Shown here: positions 40,291-49,520 of the stretch, one piece after another
Position numbering within the stretch: position 1 is the first letter of the stretch
How the letters are laid out: each line of letters opens with the position of its first letter
NCBI GenBank assembly: GCA_963711985.1
Contig: CAVQGG010000001.1
Location: 157,287 to 221,286 of the forward strand
Length of the DNA stretch: 64,000 nt
Reading direction: 5' to 3'
From: an uncultured Solirubrobacteraceae bacterium
GTDB lineage: Bacteria; Actinomycetota; Thermoleophilia; Solirubrobacterales; Solirubrobacteraceae
Translations under genes and position numbers: made by a program
The notes under the pieces: generated by a model
Seen by the model: the letters and a program-made list of their open reading frames with translations, nothing else
What the model was told of the DNA's origin: nothing
The model's database searches: none

Positions 40291-41813
40291 ATGAGCGAGC
40301 ACCTGACAGCCCTGGATGCGACGTTCCTCGAGCTCGAGGAGGCGGATGAGAGCGCGCACATGCACACCGGTGGGATCATGGTCTTCGATCCCCTGCCGGG
40401 CGGCGGCACGCCGTCGCGCGAGGAGCTGTGCCAGCAGCTCGCGAGCCGGCTGGGGCAGCTGCCGCGCTACGGACAGCGCCTGTCACAGCCGCACACGGGC
40501 GGGCTGTCGTGGCCGACATGGGAGGACGATCCGGCATTCGACATGGGCACGCACGTCGCCCGCGCGGCGCTCCCGGCCCCCGGAGGTGATGAGGAGCTGG
40601 CGCAGTGGGCATCGAACTTCTTCTCCCAGCGCCTGGATCGCCATCGGCCGCTGTGGGAGATGGCGATCGTCGAGGGGCTCGCCGACGGTCGCTGGGCGCT
40701 GGCGACCAAGACACACCACTGCATGGTCGACGGTGTCGGCTCGGTCGACGTCAGCCACCTGCTGCTCGACACCACGCCGGACACCACGCCGGGCGCTTCC
40801 TCGTCGCCGTCCTCCGCGAGCGCTGCGAACGGCGAGCACTCATCCTCCTCCCTGGATGCTCAGCGCCCCAAGGCCGCCGCCCACCCGGTCGCCTCGGGCT
40901 CGCTGGCATCTCTGGCGCGCGCGTGGGCGGGGCTGCTGCCGGTTGAAACGATCCTCCACGCGGCCCAGATGGGCGCCCACGGCGCGCTGCACCCGCGCGA
41001 AGCGCTGCACAGCGCGCAAGCGGCGCTCGGACTGATCGTGCGCGAGGAGCTGCTGCACGCGGCGCCGCGCACGAGCCTCAACGGGCCGATGATCGGCACG
41101 CGACGCCGGTTCGAGGTTATGCGCGTCGCGCTGGCGGACCTCAAGGAGATCAAGGACTCTCTCGGCGGCACGATCAACGACGTCGTGCTGACCGTCACCG
41201 CGAGCGGGCTGCGGGCGCTGCTTCGGTCCCGCGGCGAGACACTGCCCGCGGGAGGGCTGCGCGCGATGGTCCCGATGAACGTGCGCGTCGCCAGTGAGCA
41301 CCTCGCGCTGGGGAACCGGGTCTCCTCGCTATATGTGGAGCTGCCCGTGGCGCGAGGCAGATCCGCTGCGGCGCTATCACGAAACCGTGGCCCGCTCGGC
41401 AGTCGCTGAAGTCCGACGGACAACAGGCGGCGGGCACCACCGCCATGATCGACATTGCGGGGCTGGCGCCACCGGTGCTCCATGCCACCCTTGCGCAGGC
41501 CCTCTACGCCACACGGCTGTTCAACGTGACCGTCACCAACGTGCCCGGTCCCCAGCAGACGCTGTACGCCTTCGGGGCGCCGCTGCGCGAGATCCATCCG
41601 CTTGTGCCGCTCGCCGCCGAGCACGCCGTCGGCGTCGCCGCGCTGAGCTATGACGGCACCGTCTTCTTCGGCGTGGTCGCCGACCGCGACACCGTGCCCG
41701 ACCTCGAGGTGCTGGTGAGCGCCATGGATGCCTCGGTCCAGGAGCTGCTGGCGGCGGCCCGCGCGGACGGAGTGGTCCCCGCGGACGGCGCTCCTGACGC
41801 CTCGCGCCGGTAG
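40291..41813 (+). CDS. Wax ester synthase/diacylglycerol acyltransferase (frameshifts near 41353 and 41400)
   Basis: LTALDATFL, RPLWE, HHCMVDG, TINDVVL, GNRVS, NVTVTNVPGP. Confidence 0.9.
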
Positions 41814-42444
41814 CGTGATGGTCGAGCCGACGGTGCGGCCGAAGCGCGCACCGACTCGTCCGCTGTCACCCGCTTCCGGGCCGGTGGCAGCGTCGCCGCC
41901 CGACGCGGACCCCTACTCGGAGAGTCCAGCCGCTTGCAGCGTCTCGCCGTGATCGAGATAACCGCAAACGCGCGACATCTTGCTGCCGCGAAACTCGACG
42001 ACGGACCCCAGCGGGGCATCGAGCTTTCTCAGATCGACGGTGGCGCGAATCGCGGCGGCGGCCGACGGGCTTGGGGGAGACCCGCCGGCCGGCAGCCGCA
42101 GGGCAGGCAATGGAGCTGACGCGGGCCCGGGCCGCTTGAGGAACCCGCCCCGCCGCGCGTTTCGGCGTAGTCGGCTTGGGTGGCACGGCCTCGCACCTCT
42201 GATGGCCTCGCTCTTGGCGGCTCGGTTCCGCGTCTGCCGGCAACATAAGCACCCGCCCAAGCCCAGCGCAAGGGGTCCAGACCATGGCTTCCCGGACTTA
42301 CCGGGAAAACGTGCCGCAGTTCAGACACGACCCAGATTCGCTCCGGAACCGCCGCCACGATGGTCCGCACAGCCTGCACGTATATGCGTCGAATGCAGAG
42401 ACTTGTCTGTGGCACCGTCGTCTGCGTAGCGCGACGGTGGCAAG

Positions 42445-42663
42445 ATGGAGACGGTCCGTAGGCAACTTGCCGCCAATCTCCGGGAGCAGCGCGAGCGGAC
42501 GGGACTCTCCCAGGAGGCGCTGGCGGACATCTGCGATCTGCACCGCACCGAGATCAGCCTCCTCGAGCGCAGCAAGCGCTCGCCGCGGCTGGAGACCATC
42601 GTGGTCCTCGCCCGGGGCCTGGAGCTCGCGTCACCCAGCGAGCTGGTCAAGGGGATCAGCTGA
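42445..42663 (+). CDS. XRE-family HTH regulator, controller-protein-like
   Basis: GLSQEALA...LHRTEISLLERSKRSPRLETI. Confidence 0.88.
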   Translation: METVRRQLAANLREQRERTGLSQEALADICDLHRTEISLLERSKRSPRLETIVVLARGLELASPSELVKGIS

Positions 42664-42817
42664 ACGATCGAGAACTCCAGCACGCGCCGGGCCTCATGCA
42701 CGCGCCAACCGTTGGCCGCTGCCGGGGCTGAACGACCACGCCGTCGCCAGGCATGATCGTCGCCGCGTAGACCACACCCCATCGTGAGCGGCATAGGGCA
42801 TGCAGGCTGTTCCTTCA

Positions 42818-42890
42818 AGCGGCGAACGGGTCTCGAACCCGCGACCTCAAGCTTGGGAAGCTTGCGCTCTACCAACTGAGCTACCGCCGC
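42818..42890 (-). tRNA. tRNA-Gly(CCC)
   Basis: 73-nt cloverleaf GCGGCGG-TAGCTCAGTTGGTAGAGC-CAAGC TTCCCAA GCTTG-GGTTCGAGACC-TCGCCGCT; CCA not encoded. Confidence 0.96.
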
Positions 42891-42959
42891 GCAACACCGC
42901 ATAATACGCATCAGCAAGCGGATTCTGCGCCCTCCGCCGCCGGCGCCGACGTCGCCTCA

Positions 42960-43210
42960 ACCCGCTCCGGAGCCGGGTTGCTACCCATTCAGCGCCCTCG
43001 ACGAGGGCTCGCAGCCGTTCGCGGTCATGCTCCCCGACGCTCATCGCCCGCGCGTAGAGCCCGAGCGTCATCTTCGGGTTGCCTGAGCTGCGCCATCACA
43101 TAGGCCGGGTCGCGTCCGAGGGCGATCAGCACCGACGCGAACGTGCGCCGCAGCGCGTGCAGCGACAAGCCCTCCGGAAGCGCCGTCAGCCCCTTGCTCC
43201 GCTTGGCAGC
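42960..43210 (-). pseudogene. C-terminal remnant of a tyrosine integrase
   Basis: LSLHALRRTFAS...DPAYVMAQL, frameshift, then MTLGLYARAM. Confidence 0.82.
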
Positions 43211-43221
43211 GCCGAGCGGCG

Positions 43222-43827
43222 CTAGGCCCGGGCTTGTCGAAGGAGCTCGCAGAACACATCCACGACGCGTGGATCGAATTGCGATCCGGAGCAGCGACGC
43301 ATCTCGGCGAGCGCCTCCTCGACTGTGACCGCGTCGCTGAACGGGCGATGTCTCATCATCGCGACGAAGGCGGCGCACACGGCGATGATTCTCGCGCCGA
43401 GTGGTATGTCCTCGCCGGCGAGCCGGTCGGGGTAGCCGAAACCGTCGTAGCGCTCATGGTGGGAGCGCACGAGCTCGGCGAGATGCGCGAGCGACGGCGC
43501 GGCGGCGAGGATGCGCTCCCCGATTTCAGCGTGGGTGTGCATGATCGCCCACTCTTTGGCGTCGAGCGGGCCGGGCTTCGTCAGGATGGCGTCCGGGATC
43601 GCGAGCTTGCCGACGTCGTGAAGGCGCCCGGCGAGCTCGACGCGTTCCACTTCGTACTCGGAGAGCTCCAAGCGGTGCGCGGTCGCGGTAGCAAAATGGG
43701 CGACCCTGTTGAGATCCTCAAGCGCACCCGGGCTGTGCTCGTTTAGTACCTCCAGCAGCAAGTAGAGGCTCTCCCGGTTCCCAGCGCTGTGGCTGGCGTT
43801 GTGATGCGCGTTGGTCGAGTTCCCCAT
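43222..43827 (-). CDS. Stand-alone HD-GYP domain protein
   Basis: LHDVGK, HHERYDGFGYP, IPLGARIIAV, GSQFDP. Confidence 0.88.
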   Translation of the reverse strand: MGNSTNAHHNASHSAGNRESLYLLLEVLNEHSPGALEDLNRVAHFATATAHRLELSEYEVERVELAGRLHDVGKLAIPDAILTKPGPLDAKEWAIMHTHAEIGERILAAAPSLAHLAELVRSHHERYDGFGYPDRLAGEDIPLGARIIAVCAAFVAMMRHRPFSDAVTVEEALAEMRRCSGSQFDPRVVDVFCELLRQARA

Positions 43828-43914
43828 CTATTCCACATATCGCCACCGAGCGCCGCCTGCTTGAACCTCAGCCTTGGTGCAAACCGGCGCCCTTGGCGCG
43901 GCCGACCGGAGGGC

Positions 43915-44562
43915 TCAGATCGAGTCAGCCGGCCCGGGGGGCAGCTCGATCCCCGCGAGTGCGAGCACGTCTGGGTCGGGCTGCGCGTGGCCGTGCACGT
44001 GCAGGTACTCGGGATAGACGCCGCGCAGGCCGCGCAGGCGACCAATCGCGCTCAGCGCGGCGAACATCGGCGCTCGGATCGCGCCTGGCGGGCGCGTGAA
44101 GACGATCACGTCCCGGAACTCGCGGGCGAGTAGAGCGAGCTGGAGCAGGCTGGGCATCCCGCTCGCGTTCGTCCGCCCAGCGTTGGCCAGCCCGAAGATC
44201 GTCGCGAACATAGCGTCGAAGCGCTGGCGCTGCTCGTCGGGACCATCGACCTCCACCAGCACACTCGCGAAGCCCTCGCCCGCGTTCCACCAGTCGTGCG
44301 CCACGCCCGGCTCCGCCGTGGCCTCCTCGCCGGCGTTGAGCGTGCGCTCGACGCCGCCCAGGCGCGTTCCGAGCGTGCCGGAGATGACGATGAAGCGCTC
44401 GCTGATGCGTGGGTGGATGTGCTCGCCGGCGACGGCACCGCGCGGCGCGACGGTCAGGTGCCCAAAACCGCTCTCGCCCGGGGCGGCATCCTCATCGCCG
44501 CGTAGGACCACGACCCGCTCGCCGGTGATGCGATTCTCGTAGAAGTCGCCCAAGCGCGACAT
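43915..44562 (-). CDS. Cupin domain protein
   Basis: HIHP...ERF, PGVAHDWWN. Confidence 0.85.
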   Translation of the reverse strand: MSRLGDFYENRITGERVVVLRGDEDAAPGESGFGHLTVAPRGAVAGEHIHPRISERFIVISGTLGTRLGGVERTLNAGEEATAEPGVAHDWWNAGEGFASVLVEVDGPDEQRQRFDAMFATIFGLANAGRTNASGMPSLLQLALLAREFRDVIVFTRPPGAIRAPMFAALSAIGRLRGLRGVYPEYLHVHGHAQPDPDVLALAGIELPPGPADSI

Positions 44563-44806
44563 CGCCACCCCTTCAACGCTGGCGTCGAAGCGTACCCCAC
44601 GGCAGCGGGCAACGCCGCGGTACCGAACAGCCCCATGGTGGGACTTGACAACGAGGGGTACAGGCCGACGGCGTCACTGTCAAAGCCACACGGTCCGGTC
44701 CTGGACGACCTCCCGTCACCGCGACCGACTACAGCATCGCCGCGGACGCAGGCGCAACCATGCCCCCGATCCATACTGCCGGATCGGACGACTCTCGGGC
44801 CGCAGC

Positions 44807-45319
44807 TCAATCGCTGCTGACGGTCGTGACTGACGCGCCGGGGTCGTTAGCAGCCAAGTCGGCCATATGACGAGCGGCGGCTACGTTCGCCTCAATAGCC
44901 TGGAATGTCGCGGGGCCTCTGTCCGACTCGTGGGGCGTCAGGCTCGTCCCAAGGATCTTCGCCTTCGCGGCAGCGAACTCATCATCGGTGAGCGCACCGC
45001 GTACGTGCAGGTCCGCGAGGCGTTCAAGCTCAGTGGTCGTGCCGTTGCCAGCCCCGACGATCGGTGCGACCGTCGATGCTCGCGCCGCTTGTGGTTTCGG
45101 CCGTCGCGCCGCTTGTGGTTTCGGGCGTCGCGCCGCTTGTGGTTTCGGCCGTCGCGCCGCTTGTGGTTTCGGCCGTACGACCTTCGTCTGCTTCCGGGGG
45201 CGCACCCGCGCCGCGTCGGCTTTCGCCGTGCGCTCCTTCTTCGAGTTGTCCTTGAACACCTGACCTGATAGGCCGGCGGTCGCAACGAATAGCGCTTTTC
45301 GTATGAATCCCATTCCCAC
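44807..45319 (-). CDS. SHOCT domain protein with basic repeats
   Basis: ELERLADLHVRGALTDDEFAAAKAKIL. Confidence 0.75.
   Translation of the reverse strand: MGMGFIRKALFVATAGLSGQVFKDNSKKERTAKADAARVRPRKQTKVVRPKPQAARRPKPQAARRPKPQAARRPKPQAARASTVAPIVGAGNGTTTELERLADLHVRGALTDDEFAAAKAKILGTSLTPHESDRGPATFQAIEANVAAARHMADLAANDPGASVTTVSSD
45080..45176 (-). repeat. 24-bp tandem repeat x4 (RPKPQAAR)
   Basis: tcgcgccgcttgtggtttcgg(c/g)cg four times. Confidence 0.92.
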
Positions 45320-45574
45320 AAGGCCTCCTCAAGATTGCAGTGAACCTTGGTATAACGCTCGTCGCGCACAGCAGCGCAGGGCTGAGCTGTTTTCTACGCG
45401 CAATCCCGGAAATTGGGGGAAATAATCGGGACGTGCCAGATGACAGCCGATACCCCAGCCAGCCCGTGATTCCGCCCAGCCATCCGCCGAACGTCGCAGC
45501 GGCCGCTTGGGACCCTCACCAACTGAGCTACCGCCGCGCTGGCCCAGATATTACGCTGCCGCGCTCTAATCTTG

Positions 45575-46130
45575 ATGGCCGTGAGACGCCGCGCCCTGCC
45601 GATCCTCGCCTCCCTGGCCGGCGCCTGCGTGGTCGCGCTGCTGATCTACGGCGTGTCCGCGCAGTCGCCCAATCGCACGCTCGACGAGCTCGTCGCGCGA
45701 GGGCAGTACCCGCTCGCGCCGGGCGCCACGCGCTCGCTGCCCGTGCTCGGCGGCGCCGGCCACAGCTCACTGGCCTCACTCAAGGGCAAGGTCGTCGTGT
45801 TGAACTTCTGGGCCTCCTGGTGCGAACCCTGCCAGCTCGAGGCGCCGCTGCTCGAGCGCGCCCAGAGCCGCCTCGAACGCCACGGCGGCACCGTGCTCGG
45901 CGTCACCTACCAGGACGCCTCGCCCGACTCCGAAAGCTTCGTCCGCCGCTACCACCTCACCTACCCCAACCTCCGCGACACCACCGGCGACTTCGCCCAC
46001 TCCTACGGCACCCGTCAGGTGCCCGAGAGCTTCATCATCGACCGCCAGGGCCGGATCGTCGCCATCTCCCGGGGCCAGATCGAACAGGGCTTCGTCAACC
46101 GCGCGCTCGCGCTCGCGCAGCAGCTCGTGA
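45575..46130 (+). CDS. ccmG: CcmG/TlpA thiol-disulfide oxidoreductase (read in frame with ccmH in this assembly)
   Basis: VLNFWASWCEPC, PESFIIDRQG, N-terminal TM. Confidence 0.85.
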
Positions 46131-46627
46131 GCCCTGCGCGGACGCGGACGCTGCTCGCGGTGCTCGCCGCCGCCGCGCTGACGCTCGCCGTGGCGGTCGC
46201 CGCGCCCACCTCCCAGGCCGCAGCCGGCGTCACACCGCGCACCTCGCTGCCGGTCATCGAACGCCAGGCCATGTGCGTGACCTGCAAAGTCGCCCTCAAC
46301 GAGTCCCAATCCCCGCAGGCCGACCTCGAGCGCGCGTACATCCAGGGGCTGATCAACCACGGCGAGGGAGAAGCGGAAATCAAGCGTGCCCTCCTCGCCC
46401 AGTACGGCCCCACCGTGCTCGGCCTGCCGAGCACGCACGGCTTCGACCTTGCCGCCTACCTCGTTCCGCTCGCCGTCGTGCTCGCACTCCTGGCCACGCT
46501 CATCGTGCTCCTGCCCCGCTGGCGGCGCCGTGCCCGCGCCCAAGCCGCCGCCGCCAGGACCACCGCCGCAACGCTCAGCCCCGCCGACACCGCCAGGCTC
46601 GACTCCGACCTCGCGCGGTTCGACTGA
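46127..46627 (+). CDS. ccmH: Cytochrome c biogenesis protein CcmH
   Basis: Own signal peptide, MCVTC, QYGPTVL.P, C-terminal TM. Confidence 0.85.
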   Translation: MSPARTRTLLAVLAAAALTLAVAVAAPTSQAAAGVTPRTSLPVIERQAMCVTCKVALNESQSPQADLERAYIQGLINHGEGEAEIKRALLAQYGPTVLGLPSTHGFDLAAYLVPLAVVLALLATLIVLLPRWRRRARAQAAAARTTAATLSPADTARLDSDLARFD

Positions 46628-46666
46628 GCTATCTCCGCGCGGCTTGACCGGCGCGGTTCGACTGAG

Positions 46667-48334
46667 CTACATCTGCTCGGGCGCACCCACCCCGAGCAGG
46701 CCCAGGCAGCGCGCGATCGTGCGCCTACTCACCACGCACAGGGCAATGCGGAACGACTCGACCGTGCCCGGCTCGGCCCCGACCACGCGGCAGTCGCGGT
46801 AGAAGGCCGTGAACGTCTGGGCCAGCTGGAGCGCGTACGCGGCGATCCGGTGCGGAGCCCGCCGCTCCGCCGCCTCCGCCAGCTCCGCCGGGAACGCCAG
46901 CAGCTGCTCGACCAGCGCGCGCTCGGTCTCGTGCAGCGACTCGCGCTCGAGGTCGGCCATCGCCGAGCTCGCCGCCTGGACGCGCTCGGAGCCGGCCTTC
47001 GCGAGCATCGAGGCGATGCGCGCGTGCGCGTACTGCACGTAGTACACGTCGTTCTCGCTCGACTGTTCGGAGGCCAGGTCCAGGTCGAGGTCCACGGTCG
47101 TGTCGTGGGAGCGCGCCAGCAGATACCAGCGCGCCGCGTCCACGCCGATCTCCGCCACCAGATCGTCCAGGGTCACGAACTCGCCCGCGCGCTTGGACAT
47201 CTGCGCGCGTTCGCCCGAGCTCACCAGGTGGACGAGCTGCATGATCAGCAGCTCGAGCTCGCCAGGATCGCCGCCCAGGGCCTCGTACGCGGCCTTCATC
47301 CGCAGCACGTAGCCGTGATGATCGGCGCCCCACACGTCGATCTGCCGGTCGAAGCCGCGCTCGCGCTTGTCCTGGTGGTAGGCGATGTCCGACGCGAAGT
47401 ACGTGTGCTCGCCGCTGGAGCGCACCAGCACCCGGTCCTTGTCGTCGCCGAAGTCCGTCGTGCGCAGCCACAGCGCCCCCTCGCTCGTGTACGTGTGCCC
47501 CTGCTCCTCCAGGATCGCCAGCGTGCGCGCCACCGGGCTCGGATCGCCCTCGTGCAGCGAGCTCTCATAGACCCACGAGTCGAAGCTGACACGAAAGTGC
47601 TCCAGCGACGCCGCGAGCTGCCCGATCACGATCGCGACCGCGGCGCGACCCAACTCCGCCGGGTCCATGCTCGAGGCGTTCGCCAGGCTCGCGACCAGAT
47701 CGACCACGTAGTCGCCCTGATAGCCGTCGTCGGAGACCGCTTCGCCTCGCGCCAGCGCCCGGATCGACTCGCCCAGCCTGCGCACCTGCGAGCCCGCGTC
47801 GTTGACGTAGAACTCGCGCTCCACCTCATGGCCGTACACGACCAGCATGCGCCCCAGCGCATCGCCGTAGGCCGCGTTGCGGGCATGGCCCACGTGCAGC
47901 GGCCCGGTGGGGTTGGCCGAGACGAACTCGACGAGGATGCGCTCGGGCTCCTCGACATCCCCGGCGCCAAACGAGTCGCCCGCCGCCAGCGCCTGGGCGA
48001 GCGCGGCCGTCAGCCACGAGTCCGACACGAACAGGTTCAGAAAGCCCGGGCCGGCCACCTCGAAGCGCTCGACGCTCGCCCCCAGCCGCGCCTGCAGCGC
48101 GCTCCCCAGACGCTCGGCGACCTCGCGCGGGGGGACGCCGAGAGCGGGCGCCAGCAGCAGGGCCGCGTTGGTGGAGTAATCGCCGAACTCCGCCCGCCGC
48201 GGACGCTCCAGCGTGATCGACGCACGGCCGCCCTGGGCGCAGGCGCCGTCCGCGAGCTCCTCCGCGGCCGCGAGCACGGCCCGGCGCAGGCTCTCCAGCG
48301 GGGCTTGGTGGTCGTCGGGTGCAGGCTCGTTCAT
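46667..48334 (-). CDS. argS: Arginine--tRNA ligase
   Basis: EFVSANPTGPLHVGH, GADHHGY, MSKRAG, YVQYAHAR. Confidence 0.97.
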   Translation of the reverse strand: MNEPAPDDHQAPLESLRRAVLAAAEELADGACAQGGRASITLERPRRAEFGDYSTNAALLLAPALGVPPREVAERLGSALQARLGASVERFEVAGPGFLNLFVSDSWLTAALAQALAAGDSFGAGDVEEPERILVEFVSANPTGPLHVGHARNAAYGDALGRMLVVYGHEVEREFYVNDAGSQVRRLGESIRALARGEAVSDDGYQGDYVVDLVASLANASSMDPAELGRAAVAIVIGQLAASLEHFRVSFDSWVYESSLHEGDPSPVARTLAILEEQGHTYTSEGALWLRTTDFGDDKDRVLVRSSGEHTYFASDIAYHQDKRERGFDRQIDVWGADHHGYVLRMKAAYEALGGDPGELELLIMQLVHLVSSGERAQMSKRAGEFVTLDDLVAEIGVDAARWYLLARSHDTTVDLDLDLASEQSSENDVYYVQYAHARIASMLAKAGSERVQAASSAMADLERESLHETERALVEQLLAFPAELAEAAERRAPHRIAAYALQLAQTFTAFYRDCRVVGAEPGTVESFRIALCVVSRRTIARCLGLLGVGAPEQM

Positions 48335-48367
48335 GGGTCCGTTCTCGGCGCTTGCGATACTAGCTAC

Positions 48368-48685
48368 GTGAACGACCAAGACTCAGGCGCCGAGCGCCAT
48401 ATAAACATCCATCTTTCCCCCGAGATCATGGGGGGCGTATACGCCAACTTTGCCAACGTCAGCCACTCCGACTACGAGTTCACCGTCACCTTCGCGCGCG
48501 TCGACCACGAGGTCGAGTCCGACGAGGTCCCGGGCGTGGTCGTCTCCCGCGTCAACCTGTCCCCGCGCTTCATGCGCGAGCTGATCGACGCGATGGAGGA
48601 CAACTACTCGAAGTGGAGTGCCCGCGAGGGCATCAAGAACCTGCCCGAGTACGGCGGCGGCGAGGCCGGCTCCGACGCCGACTAG
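48368..48685 (+). CDS. DUF3467-like protein
   Basis: GVYANFANVSHSDYEFTVTF...VVSRVNLSP. Confidence 0.8.
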   Translation: MNDQDSGAERHINIHLSPEIMGGVYANFANVSHSDYEFTVTFARVDHEVESDEVPGVVVSRVNLSPRFMRELIDAMEDNYSKWSAREGIKNLPEYGGGEAGSDAD

Positions 48686-48788
48686 GTCGCGCGGCGCGCG
48701 GCGGTGCGAGCACCGGGCCTGGCTGCGCTCCACCAGCGGAATCGATCGTGGAACGCCCGACCTGCAGCGGTGTTCCTACCCTGCAAGG

Positions 48789-49520
48789 ATGAAGGTCGCA
48801 GTCATCTCTGACATCCACGCCAACCGGCATGCCTTCGAGGCGACGCTCGACGCGGTCGCAGCCAGCGACGCGTCCGAGCTGTGGTGCCTGGGCGACCTCG
48901 TGGGCTACGGAGCCGAGCCCGATGCCTGCGTGGAGCTCGCGCGCCAGCACGCCGCCGTCTGCCTGGCCGGCAACCACGACCTCGCCGTCACCGGCGAGAT
49001 ACCGCTCGACGAGTTCTCCCGCGGAGCCAGCCTCGCCGCGCAGTGGACCAGGGAGGTGATCGCGCCCGAGAACCTCGCCTTCCTGGAGGGCCTGCGCCCG
49101 CAGGGACAGGAGGGACGGGTCGGCCTCTACCATGCCAGCCCGCGCGACCCCGTCTGGGAGTACGTGCTCTCGGCGCTGCTCGCCGAGCTGTGCCTGGACG
49201 TCCAACGTCAGCGCATCTGCCTGATCGGCCACTCGCACGTCGCGCTCTCGTTCGTACGCCGCGAGGGCGAGCTCGCGACCGGCGAGCCGCGCCGGGACCA
49301 CGCACAGCTCGACGTCGCCAAGGGCGACTGGCTGCTCAATCCCGGCAGCGTCGGCCAGCCGCGCGACGGAGACCCGCGCGCGTCCTGGCTGCTGCTCGAC
49401 CTCGACGGCATGGCCGCCTCCTTCCACCGGGCCGACTACGACATCGCCGGCGCGGCCGCCGCGATCCGCGCCGCACGCCTGCCCGACTCGCTCGCCGAGC
49501 GCCTGGAGTACGGGCAATGA
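48789..49520 (+). CDS. Calcineurin-like metallophosphoesterase
   Basis: SDIHAN, LGDLVGYG, GNHD, GHSH, NPGSVGQPRD. Confidence 0.92.
   Translation: MKVAVISDIHANRHAFEATLDAVAASDASELWCLGDLVGYGAEPDACVELARQHAAVCLAGNHDLAVTGEIPLDEFSRGASLAAQWTREVIAPENLAFLEGLRPQGQEGRVGLYHASPRDPVWEYVLSALLAELCLDVQRQRICLIGHSHVALSFVRREGELATGEPRRDHAQLDVAKGDWLLNPGSVGQPRDGDPRASWLLLDLDGMAASFHRADYDIAGAAAAIRAARLPDSLAERLEYGQ

Larger units (their letters stand above)
42871..45539. mobile_element. Decayed integrative element bounded by 22-bp direct repeats of the tRNA-Gly 5' end
   Basis: ACCAACTGAGCTACCGCCGCGC at 42871-42892 and 45518-45539; integrase remnant inside. Confidence 0.8.

Noticed and set aside
18900-42817. A single genomic island bounded by a tRNA-Gly 3' att repeat
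   Set aside because: The content looks accessory, but I found no duplicate of the tRNA 3' end and no integrase on this side, so boundaries cannot be supported.
45080-45176. CRISPR array
   Set aside because: Contiguous in-frame repeats with no spacers and no cas genes.
45572-46627. Natural CcmG-CcmH fusion protein
   Set aside because: An internal GTGA (46127-30) precedes a fresh signal peptide, and removing one base near 46121 gives a normal stop/start overlap. Probably an artefact.
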